64,000 nucleotides of DNA from Bacteroidia bacterium (lineage in GTDB: Bacteria; Bacteroidota; Bacteroidia; Bacteroidales; Bacteroidaceae): positions 36,838 through 100,837 of the forward strand of contig RZZX01000001.1 of assembly GCA_009929715.1 (NCBI GenBank), in the 5' to 3' direction. Below, in pieces: positions 18,930 through 29,550 of the stretch. The position numbers and the translations under genes are program-made. Position 1 is the first letter of the stretch. The number at the start of each line of letters is the position of its first letter. Under the pieces are notes generated by a model. That model was given only the letters and a program-made list of their open reading frames with translations, did not search any database and was not told where the DNA came from.

Positions 18930-19337
18930 TTAGTTCTTTACAGAACTCCTATTATCGATTTGGATAATAATTGGAGAGTGATGATTTTCTATTATTGGAC
19001 GTTTTACTTGCTCTGCCATCCATTGTCTAAATAGTCTGCAATACCCACTTTTCATTCGAAATGCAAGAGCAATTATTATATCTAAATTGTAATAAGTACG
19101 GATTGATACTTCAGGGCTTGAAAGTTCGCTCCTAATTTCTTTACTACATAAATGATATAACGGTGCATCTTCTTTGTGAATTACACTTAAATTAGTAGTT
19201 ACAGCCGAAATATAGACATTAAAAATATCTGCGATCTGTGTTTTTGTAAGCCATACTGTTCCATTGGCTAGTTCTATATTAACTGATATGCCTTTAGTTC
19301 CCGGATTGTAGTTAATAGACATTTTTCCTGTTTCCAT
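18930..19337 (-). CDS. Short RhuM-like (virulence RhuM family) putative DNA-binding protein
   Basis: TVWLTKTQIADIF and YYNLDIIIALAFRMKS...FRQW motifs. Confidence 0.7.
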   Translation of the reverse strand: METGKMSINYNPGTKGISVNIELANGTVWLTKTQIADIFNVYISAVTTNLSVIHKEDAPLYHLCSKEIRSELSSPEVSIRTYYNLDIIIALAFRMKSGYCRLFRQWMAEQVKRPIIENHHSPIIIQIDNRSSVKN

Positions 19338-19385
19338 TGTTCTATTTATTTGATTGATTGTTAATATTTTAATTTACCTCCTTTA

Positions 19386-19910
19386 TTATTCGTCATACGA
19401 TATTTTATAACCAATAGGACTTCTCGGTTTATCATCAACTGCTTTCTTTCTTGCCAACTCAGTAAGAGCTTGATAAATCTCACTAAATTGCATATTGGTA
19501 TTTATTTCAAGCTCCTCAATGCGTTTCATTAATTCATCATAACCAGCCACCATCTGTCTTAAAGCTATAAATGCACGAATAATGGAGATATTCATTTGTA
19601 TTGCCGTCTGAGATTTCAGCACCGAAGACAACATTGCTATGCCTGCTTCACAAAACACCATAGGTGATGTAGCACCTACGTTATATCCAGGGGGTATCAC
19701 ATTTTGTGACACCCCTAATGCTAAAACAATATCAGTTTCCTCCTTAGTAAGTCGAAACATAAAATCAGGCGGGAACCTCTCTGAATTTCTTTTTACCGCT
19801 TGTTTCAAAGCACGTGTTTCAACTTGGTATAGCTCTGCAAGGTGAAAATCCAACATTACACGACACCCTCTAACCTCAAATATTCTATTCTGAATTACCT
19901 GTATCTCCAT
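19386..19910 (-). CDS. ORF6N-domain DNA-binding protein
   Basis: RGCRVMLDFHLAELYQVETRALKQAVKRNSERFPPDFMF; FCEAGIAMLSSVLKS; C-terminal PIGY. Confidence 0.85.
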   Translation of the reverse strand: MEIQVIQNRIFEVRGCRVMLDFHLAELYQVETRALKQAVKRNSERFPPDFMFRLTKEETDIVLALGVSQNVIPPGYNVGATSPMVFCEAGIAMLSSVLKSQTAIQMNISIIRAFIALRQMVAGYDELMKRIEELEINTNMQFSEIYQALTELARKKAVDDKPRSPIGYKISYDE

Positions 19911-19960
19911 ATTTCACTAATTTACAATTATTTACTATTAAATTCATTACCATTAAATGG

Positions 19961-21238
19961 CTAAATCGTTACCGATTCGTTACCAACAGCTTTAAACGGT
20001 TGATTCATTCCAACTTCCTTATAAATTTTCTCAATACCTACAAACTTGTCGGATAAGTTTTTCATATCATTACTAATTTTACTATTGGTGATGCGAGCAT
20101 AAATTTGAGTTGTTTCAATATTTGTATGCCCAAGCATCTTAGAAACAGTTTCTATAGGTACACCTTTTGCTAAAGTTGTGGTAGTAGCGAAAGTATGCCT
20201 TGCAAGGTGAAAAGTTAGATTCTTCTGAATACCACATACATCACCAATCTCCTTTAAATAGGAGTTTAACTTTTGATTACTTATTACAGGCAAGAGCTTA
20301 CCTTTAGGGAGCTTGTCTTCATATTTATCAAGAATCATCTTTGGAATTTTAAGGACCGGAACATTCACTGCGGTATCTGTTTTCTGGCGCTTGGTCATTA
20401 TCCAAAGATTTCCATCAAAAGAGATGCGGATATGTTCTCTGGTCAGATTCTTCACATCAATATAGGCAAGTCCGGTGAAACAGGAAAAAATAAACACATC
20501 ACGAACCTGTTCCAATCTTTCTGAAACAAATTCTTTCTGGCTAATTTTTGCAATCTCTTCTTCGGTCAAATAGCCCCTATCTACTTTCTTTATACGAATT
20601 TTATAATTGGCAAACGGATCACCTATCAGAATGCCGTTATTGCGAGCGATGATAATAATACGTTTGAAGAACTGCATAAACTTAGCGGTAGTGTTTGCTC
20701 CACATTTACAAGCAGTCATTAGATAAACCTCAAAATCATTTATAAACATTGGTGTTATCTCTTTTACTGAAATATCAGCAAGATGATATTTGTATTGGAT
20801 AAATTCAGAAAGATGCTTGCGAGTTATCTCATATTTCTGATAAGTAGCTGCTGATTTTGAAATACCAACCAACGCTTTCACATCTTCATTGTGTTTTGTG
20901 AACATATTCAATAAAGTAACATCCGTTTGTCCGTGACCTAGGAATTCATTCTTGACTTTCTCGGCAGTAATACAGTTGTCACGGCGTTGCATCTCGTGGT
21001 AGATATTGTGTAGTGAAGACCTTACTTCTTCAAGCAGGTTGTTGATTTGCGTTATTTCGACAGAACGACCAATTGCTTTGCCTGTCGTTACACTCCAATT
21101 CTTAGGATTGATTTTCAATTTGGTGCTGAACTGACACAACTTACCATCAATGGTAATGCGAGCCATAATCATCACCTCCCCGCTTTTACTCTCCGCATTT
21201 CTTTTTAGGTAGAATAAGACCTTAAATGTACTCTTCAT
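19961..21238 (-). CDS. Tyrosine recombinase/integrase (Bacteroidales arm-binding type)
   Basis: N-terminal IMARITIDG arm domain; FSCFTGLAYID; TFHLARHTFATT; LGHTNIETTQIYA; adjacent to tRNA. Confidence 0.95.
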   Translation of the reverse strand: MKSTFKVLFYLKRNAESKSGEVMIMARITIDGKLCQFSTKLKINPKNWSVTTGKAIGRSVEITQINNLLEEVRSSLHNIYHEMQRRDNCITAEKVKNEFLGHGQTDVTLLNMFTKHNEDVKALVGISKSAATYQKYEITRKHLSEFIQYKYHLADISVKEITPMFINDFEVYLMTACKCGANTTAKFMQFFKRIIIIARNNGILIGDPFANYKIRIKKVDRGYLTEEEIAKISQKEFVSERLEQVRDVFIFSCFTGLAYIDVKNLTREHIRISFDGNLWIMTKRQKTDTAVNVPVLKIPKMILDKYEDKLPKGKLLPVISNQKLNSYLKEIGDVCGIQKNLTFHLARHTFATTTTLAKGVPIETVSKMLGHTNIETTQIYARITNSKISNDMKNLSDKFVGIEKIYKEVGMNQPFKAVGNESVTI

Positions 21239-21444
21239 AATCTCATTTTTTATGCTTGCAAAGTTACTTGCAAATGATTAATAATGAGATATATGCAGTC
21301 TGGACAAATTAGGACTTAGTGAAGCCAAATTTAGACAAATCGTTACCATTTTTGAGAGAGTTCCGAATGGTAACGAATTGGAGACAAAACCTTGTCTTTT
21401 ACCGTCCTTTTCGTGTCCTTCGGGATGGACTTTGTAGAAACAAA

Positions 21445-21475
21445 AAATCCTACAAACCATTGATTTGTAGGATTT
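21445..21475. terminator. Hairpin downstream of tRNA-Ser inside the element end
   Basis: AAATCCTACAAA / TTTGTAGGATTT perfect 12-bp inverted repeat, T run on the minus strand. Confidence 0.55.
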
Positions 21476-21512
21476 AGACCTTTACTTGACCGGTTTTGTC
21501 CGGTTAGTTCAG

Positions 21513-21597
21513 CGGAGAGATAGGGATTCGAACCCCAGGAACCTCGCAGTTCAACGGTTTTCAAGACCGCCGCAATCGACCACTCTGCCATCTCTCC
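21513..21597 (-). tRNA. tRNA-Ser(TGA)
   Basis: GGAGAGA/TCTCTCC acceptor stem, anticodon loop CT-TGA-AA, long variable arm, GGTTCGAATCC T-loop. Confidence 0.96.
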
Positions 21598-21636
21598 AAT
21601 AACTATTTTAACTAGTGCTTTTCTTTAAAAGCGGTG

Positions 21637-21644
21637 CAAAGGTA
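21637..21644 (-). promoter_or_regulatory. -7 promoter box of tRNA-Ser
   Basis: TACCTTTG(CACCG) on the minus strand about 40 bp upstream of the tRNA. Confidence 0.6.
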
Positions 21645-21830
21645 ACTAAATTATTATTAATTGCAACACTTTTCCTTAAAATTTTATCTTAAACAGGCAA
21701 AAAATGTATTCAAAGCTCACAATACGTGTTATATAACATATTTTTCATACCTTTTATAGTTGATATTAGAATAAAGGTTGTAACTTTGTACGCTCTAAAA
21801 AGACAAATCAACCAAAAAACAACTTTTTCT

Positions 21831-24059
21831 ATGGAATTGAATAAAACCTTTAAAGACGGTGTTTGGAGCAAAGAAATCAATGTAAGAGATTTCGTTCTTA
21901 CTAATATCACTCCTTATGATGGAGATGCTTCCTTCCTCGCAGGTGCTACAGAACGTACTAAAAAAATCTGGAATTTATGTCTTGCTGCCATTGCAGAAGA
22001 AAGAGCAAACAACGGAGTTCGCTCTATTGATAATAAAACTGTATCAACAATTTCTTCACATAAAGCTGGTTATATTGATAAGGAAAACGAACTTATCGTT
22101 GGCTTGCAAACCGATGAACTTCTAAAAAGAGCTATCAAACCTTTCGGAGGGATTAACGTTGTAGCTAAATCATGCAAAGAAAATGGTCTTGAAGTAGACG
22201 AAAAAGTAAAAGATATCTTTACTCATTACCGTAAAACTCACAACGAAGGTGTTTTTGATGTGTATACTGAAGAAATACGTTCTTTCCGTTCTCTTGGTTT
22301 CTTAACTGGTTTACCTGATAATTATGCTCGCGGTCGTGTAATTGGTGACTACCGCCGATTGGCTCTTTATGGTCTTGACAGATTGATCGAAGCTAAAAAT
22401 GAAGATCTTCACAATCTTACCGGTCCGATGACTGAAGCGCGTATCAGAACACGTGAAGAGGTTAAGGAACAGATTAAGGCTTTGAACGAAATGAAAGTGA
22501 TGGGCGAATATTACGGATTAGATCTTTCTCGTCCTGCATATACTGCTCAGGAAGCTGTTCAATGGGTATACATGGCTTATCTTGCTGCTGTTAAGGAACA
22601 AGATGGTGCTGCTATGTCTCTTGGAAATGTTTCTTCTTTCCTTGATATCTACATTGATTACGAATTAAGTCAGGGAACAATTGATGAATCTTTTGCTCAG
22701 GAATTGATTGACCAGTTCGTTATTAAGTTACGTATGGTTCGCCACTTGAGAATGGGTTCTTACAATGATATCTTTGCCGGCGACCCAACATGGGTTACTG
22801 AATCTCTTGGTGGTCGTTTTAACGATGGCCGTCATAAAGTAACTAAGACTTCATTCCGTTTCTTGCAAACTCTATATAACTTAGGCGCTTCTCCTGAACC
22901 AAACTTAACTGTTCTTTGGTCGCCTGAACTGCCTGAAGGATTCAAAGATTTCTGTGCTAAGGTTTCTATTGATACTTCTTCTATCCAGTATGAAAACGAT
23001 GACTTAATGCGTTCTATCCGTCACAGTGACGATTACGGAATTGCTTGTTGCGTTTCTTTCCAGGATATAGGTAGACAGATTCAGTTCTTCGGTGCACGTA
23101 CCAACCTGGCTAAAGCATTATTGCTTGCTATCAACGGCGGACGATGCGAAAACACCGGAACATTAATGATTAAGGGTATTCCAGCTTTGAAGAGCGATGT
23201 ACTCGACTTTGATGAAGTAATGGCTAACTATAAGATTGTTTTGAAAGAAGTTGCTCGTGTTTATAATGATGCGATGAACATTATTCACTACATGCACGAT
23301 AAGTATTACTACGAAAAAGCTCAGATGGCGTTTATTGATACTAATCCTCGTATCAATCTTGCTTACGGTGCTGCCGGATTATCTATTGCTGCCGATTCTC
23401 TTTCTGCAATTAAATTTGCAAAGGTTACTGCTCGTCGTAATGAGCTTGGTCTGACTGAGGGCTTTGACATTGACGGAGAATTCCCATGCTATGGTAATGA
23501 TGATGATAAAGTAGATACTTTAGCTGTAGACCTGACTCACTATTTCAGTGAAGAACTTAGCAAGCTTCCTATCTACAAGAATGCACGCCCTACCCTTTCT
23601 ATCCTTACAATTACTTCAAACGTAATGTATGGTAAAAAGACTGGTGCTACTCCTGACGGACGTAAAAAGGGTGTAGCTTTTGCTCCGGGTGCAAATCCAA
23701 TGCACGGACGTGATCAGAAGGGTGCTATTGCTTCTCTTACTTCTGTAGCTAAGATTAATTATGATGATGCTCAGGACGGTGTTAGTAATACATTCTCAAT
23801 CGTTCCTAAATCTCTTGGTGTAACAGCTGAAGATCGTGTTGAGAACCTTGTATCAATGATGGATGGTTACTTTAGCAAAGGCGCTCACCACTTGAATGTG
23901 AATGTATTGAACCGCGAAATGCTGGAAGATGCAATGGAACATCCTGAAAACTATCCACAGCTTACAATTCGTGTATCTGGTTATGCTGTAAACTTTGTCA
24001 GCCTGAGCCGTGAACACCAGTTGGAAGTTATTTCAAGAAGTTTCCACTCAAAGATGTGA
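21831..24059 (+). CDS. pflB: Pyruvate formate-lyase (formate C-acetyltransferase)
   Basis: IACCVS active-site Cys pair; glycyl-radical motif TIRVSGYAV; start taken at ATG 21831 downstream of TAACTTTG (21781). Confidence 0.96.
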   Translation: MELNKTFKDGVWSKEINVRDFVLTNITPYDGDASFLAGATERTKKIWNLCLAAIAEERANNGVRSIDNKTVSTISSHKAGYIDKENELIVGLQTDELLKRAIKPFGGINVVAKSCKENGLEVDEKVKDIFTHYRKTHNEGVFDVYTEEIRSFRSLGFLTGLPDNYARGRVIGDYRRLALYGLDRLIEAKNEDLHNLTGPMTEARIRTREEVKEQIKALNEMKVMGEYYGLDLSRPAYTAQEAVQWVYMAYLAAVKEQDGAAMSLGNVSSFLDIYIDYELSQGTIDESFAQELIDQFVIKLRMVRHLRMGSYNDIFAGDPTWVTESLGGRFNDGRHKVTKTSFRFLQTLYNLGASPEPNLTVLWSPELPEGFKDFCAKVSIDTSSIQYENDDLMRSIRHSDDYGIACCVSFQDIGRQIQFFGARTNLAKALLLAINGGRCENTGTLMIKGIPALKSDVLDFDEVMANYKIVLKEVARVYNDAMNIIHYMHDKYYYEKAQMAFIDTNPRINLAYGAAGLSIAADSLSAIKFAKVTARRNELGLTEGFDIDGEFPCYGNDDDKVDTLAVDLTHYFSEELSKLPIYKNARPTLSILTITSNVMYGKKTGATPDGRKKGVAFAPGANPMHGRDQKGAIASLTSVAKINYDDAQDGVSNTFSIVPKSLGVTAEDRVENLVSMMDGYFSKGAHHLNVNVLNREMLEDAMEHPENYPQLTIRVSGYAVNFVSLSREHQLEVISRSFHSKM

Positions 24060-24069
24060 TAATAAAAAG

Positions 24070-24795
24070 ATGATCAACGTTCATTCATATGAATCAATGG
24101 GAACCTTCGATGGTCCCGGCCTGAGACTGGTAGTATTCCTGCAAGGATGCAACTTTCGCTGTAAGTACTGTGCCAACCCTGATACTATTACTCTGAAAGG
24201 TGGCAAGCCAACAGAGATTGAAGAGATTGTGCGCATGGCTCTCAGTCAGAAAGCTTTCTTCGGAAAGAAAGGTGGCATTACCTTTAGCGGAGGCGAACCT
24301 ACTCTTCAGGCCAAGGAACTGATTCCTTTATTCCGCAGATTGCGCGAGGAAGGAATTCACATCTGCCTGGATTCTAACGGAGGAAATATGAATGACGATG
24401 TGAAAGAACTTCTTTCACTAACGGATCTGGTTCTTTTGGATATAAAAGAATTCAATCCCGATCATCACAAGATACTTACAGAACGCAGCAATGCTCAGAC
24501 TCTGAGCACTGCTGCTTATCTGGAAGAAATTAAGAAACCCATGTGGCTTCGCTATGTATTGGTTCCAGGATACAGCGATTTCGAGGAAGATATTATTGCC
24601 ATGTGCGAGCATTTCAAATCTTATTCCATGATTAAGCGCATTGAAATACTTCCTTATCACACGCTTGGTAAGCATAAATATGAAGCTTTAAAGAAGCCTT
24701 ACCTGCTGGAAGAGGTAAAAGAAAACACTCCGGCCCAACTAGAGCATGCACAGGAACTATTCTCCCGTTATTTCCCCGAAGTTTATGTAAATTGA
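24070..24795 (+). CDS. pflA: Pyruvate formate-lyase activating enzyme (radical SAM)
   Basis: DGPGLR...GCNFRCKYCANPDT, GITFSGGEP, LPYH; follows pflB. Confidence 0.95.
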   Translation: MINVHSYESMGTFDGPGLRLVVFLQGCNFRCKYCANPDTITLKGGKPTEIEEIVRMALSQKAFFGKKGGITFSGGEPTLQAKELIPLFRRLREEGIHICLDSNGGNMNDDVKELLSLTDLVLLDIKEFNPDHHKILTERSNAQTLSTAAYLEEIKKPMWLRYVLVPGYSDFEEDIIAMCEHFKSYSMIKRIEILPYHTLGKHKYEALKKPYLLEEVKENTPAQLEHAQELFSRYFPEVYVN

Positions 24796-24859
24796 ATATT
24801 TCTTGGCCGAACAAAGATATAGTTGTATTTTTGTCGCAGAATTATTCAAGATAACATAG

Positions 24860-26206
24860 ATGATATATCCCCATAACTTTGAACAGAAGATAGGATTCGA
24901 CAACATCCGCGAATTACTGAAAGGAAAATGTCTTAGCACACTTGGTAAAGAGCGTGTAGATAACATGTGCTTTTCCGATAAGTTTGCCGAGATTGAAGAA
25001 CAATTATGCCAGACAACGGAGTTTGTCCGCATAATTCAGGAAGAGGACGGATTCCCGGATCAATACTTTTTTGATGTGCGACCTTCGCTAAAGAAGATTC
25101 GCATTGAAGGCACTTACCTGGACGAACAGGAAGTGTTCGATCTTCGCCGTTCACTGGAAACCATTAATGATATTGTTAAATTTCTGAATCGTGATGATGA
25201 CGAGGAAAAGGGATTCCCCTACCCTCATTTGAGAACTCTTGCCGGAGACATTATTGTGTTTCCTCAACTTATTGGCAATTATAATCCAGGAGGTAAGCTT
25301 ACGGTTACATTCCCCAAAAGTGTGGGACAAATTCCGTTCAACTTCCCATATAAACCGTCGTCGCAAATTGATGGGGGGAAAAATCCGGGAATGCAGGGCA
25401 ACATGTCGCGAGTTAACGGAGCGCTTTATCCTTTCGGTTACGGACTAAGTTATACCACATTTGAATATACCGATTTAACGTTGTCGAAGCCTCTCATCAC
25501 ACCCAACGAAGAGGTGGAGCTATGCTGCTCCGTTACCAATACCGGGAAACGTGCCGGCGATGAGGTAGTGCAACTTTATGTGCGTGATGTACTCAGTAGT
25601 CTCACCACTTACGAGAAGAGGCTAGCAGGTTTTGAACGGGTACATCTTGCCCCGGGAGAGAGTAAACGGGTCACTTTTCGCATTGACCGAAAGGCCTTGG
25701 AACTTCTGAATAGAAATGGCAACTGGGTGGTCGAGCCGGGTGAATTTAAATTGATGATTGGGGCCTCATCGGAAGAGATTCGTCTAAATAGTACGCTCAC
25801 TGTGGTGGAATATGGGCAGCAGCCTTCTACCGAGGCACCGAAAAAGGCCTCGCCAATCAGTGTCAGTACCAATAACGAACAGACAAGCCGAGTGATCGAC
25901 GGAAACTTATCGACTGCTTGGGAAGGGAATAAAGGAGATTATATAACCTTTGCCTTAAAGAATGGTTCTAAGGTAGAGGAGGTTATGATCGCTTTCAGTC
26001 GGGAGAACCATTTGAAGACGGACTTCGAGATTCAGTTATCGAGTGGTGGTGGACAGTTCTTAACGGTCTACTCGGGAACAACGAACGTGTATGGTAAGCT
26101 GCAACGTTTTAAATTTAAAGGGACTACCGCCAGCGATTTGCGTTTGGTATTGGGTAGCGACCGCGTGGGAGTAGCCGAAGTGGTTCTTCCACAAATGAAT
26201 GAGTAA
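24860..26206 (+). other. Chimeric ORF: MutS2 N-terminus (~139 aa) joined in frame to the C-terminal part of a GH3 glycosidase
   Basis: MIYPHNFEQKIGFD...LSTLG (MutS2-like) switches at ~25275 to YNPGGKLTVTFP...LYPFGYGLSYTTFEY...GDEVVQLY (GH3 C-terminal/Fn3-like). Confidence 0.8.
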
Positions 26207-26228
26207 TCACTAACTAACAACATTAATT

Positions 26229-27368
26229 ATGTGGACTATTCTTGCAACATTATGTGGAATGGGAGCACTCTTAGCAGGAAGTGCGCCTGGTGTATCTCAA
26301 CACCCATCTCAACCGGAACAAACTCCAGAGCTGACCATGTTGGTTGGCACCTACACCTCGGGGACAAGTCAAGGGATTTACTCCTTTCGCTTCAATCAGG
26401 AGACGGGAAGCGCAACCTCACTAAGTGAAACCCCAATTGGCAACCCCTCTTACCTGGTTCCTTCGGCCGATGGGAGGTATGTCTATGCAGTAAGTGAGTG
26501 GGGAAATGAACGTGCCAGTGTAACAGCTTTTGCATTTAATAAGGAGAAAGGGACGTTCCGAAAACTGAACACACAACCAACCAACGGGGCTGATCCTTGT
26601 TTCCTGACCACCAACGGGAAGGTGGTAGTCGCTGCCAATTATTCAGGTGGTAGTGTATCGGTCTTTCCCATCAATCGTGAAGGGACACTGGCTTCTCTCT
26701 CTCTGCTACAGCCGTTTGAAGGAAGAGGATTCGATCCTCAACGACAAGAGAAGCCTCATCTACATTGCGTGACGTTCAGTCCAGACGGACACTATCTCTT
26801 TGCCGATGATTTAGGCATGGATCGGATTTATCGGTTCGATGTGACTGTGACTAATCAGACGCAAACATCCATTGTCTGGAACAATTCGGCCACAGAAATG
26901 CTTGAACCAGGTTCGGGACCCAGACACCTGACTTTTGCTCCTAATGGCAAACAGGCTTATCTGATCAATGAATTGTCGGGCACTGTAGTGGCGTTCAACT
27001 ATGCCAACGGTCGGTTACAGCCGATTCAAACAATAGCAGCCGATACCGTTCAAGCCAAAGGGAGCGCCGATATTCACATCAGTCCGGATGGAGCTTTTTT
27101 ATATGCAAGTAACCGCCTGAAAGCTGATGGGATAGCAATCTTTAAAATCAATCCGACGGACGGGAAACTCACCAAAGTGGGATACCAACTCACGGGCATT
27201 CACCCGCGCAATTTCATTCTCACGCCTAACGGAAAATTTCTCTTGGTGGCTTGCCGTGATAGCCAGCTCATTCAAGTCTTCAATAGAGATTCCCAAACGG
27301 GCTTACTAACCGATACAAGACAAAACATACAGATCGATAAACCAGTTTGTATCAAGTGGGTGAAGTAA
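26229..27368 (+). CDS. Lactonase family protein (6-phosphogluconolactonase-like beta-propeller)
   Basis: LVGTYT, NPSYL, ANYSGGSV, PHLH, DLGMD, GSGPRH, YASNR, HPRNF motifs. Confidence 0.9.
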   Translation: MWTILATLCGMGALLAGSAPGVSQHPSQPEQTPELTMLVGTYTSGTSQGIYSFRFNQETGSATSLSETPIGNPSYLVPSADGRYVYAVSEWGNERASVTAFAFNKEKGTFRKLNTQPTNGADPCFLTTNGKVVVAANYSGGSVSVFPINREGTLASLSLLQPFEGRGFDPQRQEKPHLHCVTFSPDGHYLFADDLGMDRIYRFDVTVTNQTQTSIVWNNSATEMLEPGSGPRHLTFAPNGKQAYLINELSGTVVAFNYANGRLQPIQTIAADTVQAKGSADIHISPDGAFLYASNRLKADGIAIFKINPTDGKLTKVGYQLTGIHPRNFILTPNGKFLLVACRDSQLIQVFNRDSQTGLLTDTRQNIQIDKPVCIKWVK

Positions 27369-27380
27369 TCATTCGCTTAA

Positions 27381-27992
27381 TTAGCGCGGCAGATGCTTTA
27401 CTGATATGCCGCGCCCTTTCTTAACACAGCGGAGTATGCCTGTGCGAAGTTCATTCTTGGCTAAATCGAATAGAAGGTTGGGATTAAAAGCTTGCCCATT
27501 ATAACGGGTTTCAAAATGAAGGTGCTCGGTTGTGGCACGCCCGGTACGACCGGTAAGACCGATCGGATCACCAGCTTTGACGGCATCGCCACTCTTCACA
27601 AAGTTGACATGATTGTGGCTATAAATGGTTTCTAAACCGCCCGAATGGCGTACCACAACGACCTTACCATAACCGCTATAAGGCTTAGCCATACGTACTA
27701 CACCATCGAACGGACAACGAATGGTGTCCTTAGCACAAGTCTTAATATCTGCACCAGAGTGATGCCGGCGTCCACCGTAAGGAGAAATAACTTTTGCACC
27801 AGGCAAAGGGAAGGCATAACCACTCTTAGCCAATGAATCGAGATTTAAAAGAATGGTATTCCCATTGGCAAACAACCCAGGAGTGCCCACACGAATGTGA
27901 TTAATCTCCGCCGAAGAGAAGATCGGCGGTACTCCTGCACTGACAACTAAAGATGTAAACATCCAACTAACGGCTAACAAAAGGTGTTTCAT
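27381..27992 (-). CDS. M23-family metallopeptidase
   Basis: HSGAD (HxxxD), YSH, HLHFE. Confidence 0.9.
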   Translation of the reverse strand: MKHLLLAVSWMFTSLVVSAGVPPIFSSAEINHIRVGTPGLFANGNTILLNLDSLAKSGYAFPLPGAKVISPYGGRRHHSGADIKTCAKDTIRCPFDGVVRMAKPYSGYGKVVVVRHSGGLETIYSHNHVNFVKSGDAVKAGDPIGLTGRTGRATTEHLHFETRYNGQAFNPNLLFDLAKNELRTGILRCVKKGRGISVKHLPR

Positions 27993-28015
27993 AAAGAGTG
28001 TGCTTTTAATTTTTA

Positions 28016-28693
28016 TTATTCAAAATAGTGAATCTGAATCTCTTGACCATCGGCATAATCCATCAATAAGCGCTGAGTCAGCTCAACCGCCTCAGAGAGC
28101 CCCTCCATACCATTGTAACCATTGATTATGGCCAAAATATGCGTCGTCTCCAAATCCATTTTCGTACGTTCATGATCGCTCGTTGGAGTCCCTATACCAC
28201 CTATCGCATCACGATAAACAGGTAGTCCTTCGATATTTAAAATGCCCCGACCAATCCCCTCAAACGGTTCATCGGCTTTTCCGATACCGAGCGTCAGCTC
28301 CGTACCTGCTATCTTATCGGCATCAAACCCACCAATGGAGTGTCCTGTACGCAAAGATACCAAATTTATTAAATCGACCAATGTATCGATTTGATAAAGT
28401 GCAATGCCACGCAACAAACGCCGACGCAACGCTTCGGCCGACGGGCGATAACGGCCAGGGTCTTTGCCACAACGCTTATAAGCTTCGCGGGTAGCCGCAA
28501 TAACCGGTTGTTTTTTTATTTCAGACAATGGAGTGGTACGGATCAACTCCTCAGTGAAAGCATCGATCTCTTGCCATAACCCCTCGCTATAAGCCGTGTT
28601 TCTCACGGTAGCATATACAGCAGCCCCTCGATAAGCAGGGCAAGTCTTTTTCATCTCTTCAGAAACTTGCAGTTGATAGTTCATCGCATTCAT
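28016..28693 (-). CDS. B3/4-domain protein (PheT editing-domain-like)
   Basis: GKDPGRYRPSAEALRRR; LVDLINLVS; GGFDADK. Confidence 0.85.
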   Translation of the reverse strand: MNAMNYQLQVSEEMKKTCPAYRGAAVYATVRNTAYSEGLWQEIDAFTEELIRTTPLSEIKKQPVIAATREAYKRCGKDPGRYRPSAEALRRRLLRGIALYQIDTLVDLINLVSLRTGHSIGGFDADKIAGTELTLGIGKADEPFEGIGRGILNIEGLPVYRDAIGGIGTPTSDHERTKMDLETTHILAIINGYNGMEGLSEAVELTQRLLMDYADGQEIQIHYFE

Positions 28694-28719
28694 CTATTTT
28701 GATTTATTGATCGCTCTTT

Positions 28720-29550
28720 TTAATGGTTAAATAACGGAATAGGGTTCAGCATCAAACCCGATAAGATACGTCCGGATTTTACTCCCAACCGACGGGCAGA
28801 GAAGAACTGCTCATGGGCGGTATAGGTGCAGATACCACTGAGTTCAACTTGCGCTTCGGATACGCCGAAAGCACGCAGTTGAGAAAAATTAGCTGCCCAC
28901 AAATCGATGTGAGCTTTACCCGTTTGAGGATGCCGCATACAGATCTGATCCAAGTCATATCCGCCTTTTTGAAACGCCTCACAAACCTCCTCGCCTACTT
29001 CAAACGCAGCCGATGAGATGCTGGGACCAATGGTAGCTCGAATATCCTTACCAGTGGTTCCGTAATGAGTAAACATCCCTTGAAGAGTCTGTTCCAAAAT
29101 ACGGTCAACCGTACCACGCCAACCAGCATGAACCACGGCAACAGCTTGGTGGGTAGAATCGTACAACATAATCGGCACACAATCGGCTGTGCTGACACAC
29201 AAGCAATAACCTGACTTATCGGTCATCAGCGCATCAACACCCTCTAAAAAAGTTTGTTGGCTATCGACCGGGGAAGTCAAGAACTCCTCATTCACCACCA
29301 AATAATTGGTTTGGTGCGTCTGCTTAGGAATAATCAATGCTGTAGGCCGATAAGGCAGCGCATCTAAAAGTAACGCTTGGTTACGACACACATCTTCAAA
29401 CTCATCCCCACAATAAGGTGAGCAATTAAATGTGCCATAAGCCCCACTGCTACATCCTCCGTAGCGAGTAGTCACAAAATGAGAAATGTTGGGGCAAGCG
29501 TCCAGTGACGCATACCCCAACATTTTATGATCTTTAGTCAGTGAAATCAT
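28720..29550 (-). CDS. pgeF: Peptidoglycan editing factor PgeF / YfiH family
   Basis: TTRYGG, QTH, TADCVP, HAGWRG, GPSI, CT...FFSAR. Confidence 0.9.
   Translation of the reverse strand: MISLTKDHKMLGYASLDACPNISHFVTTRYGGCSSGAYGTFNCSPYCGDEFEDVCRNQALLLDALPYRPTALIIPKQTHQTNYLVVNEEFLTSPVDSQQTFLEGVDALMTDKSGYCLCVSTADCVPIMLYDSTHQAVAVVHAGWRGTVDRILEQTLQGMFTHYGTTGKDIRATIGPSISSAAFEVGEEVCEAFQKGGYDLDQICMRHPQTGKAHIDLWAANFSQLRAFGVSEAQVELSGICTYTAHEQFFSARRLGVKSGRILSGLMLNPIPLFNH

Larger units (their letters stand above)
1..21512. mobile_element. Right part of a Bacteroidales conjugative transposon/ICE integrated at tRNA-Ser; left end outside the window
   Basis: tra genes at the left, ParB/small-gene block, AT-rich cargo, and a tyrosine integrase abutting the 3' end of tRNA-Ser; housekeeping genes resume after the tRNA. 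Confidence 0.85.

Noticed and set aside
21343-21591. 82-aa ORF MAEWSIAAVLKTV...
   Set aside because: It is a translation of the tRNA-Ser gene and att region
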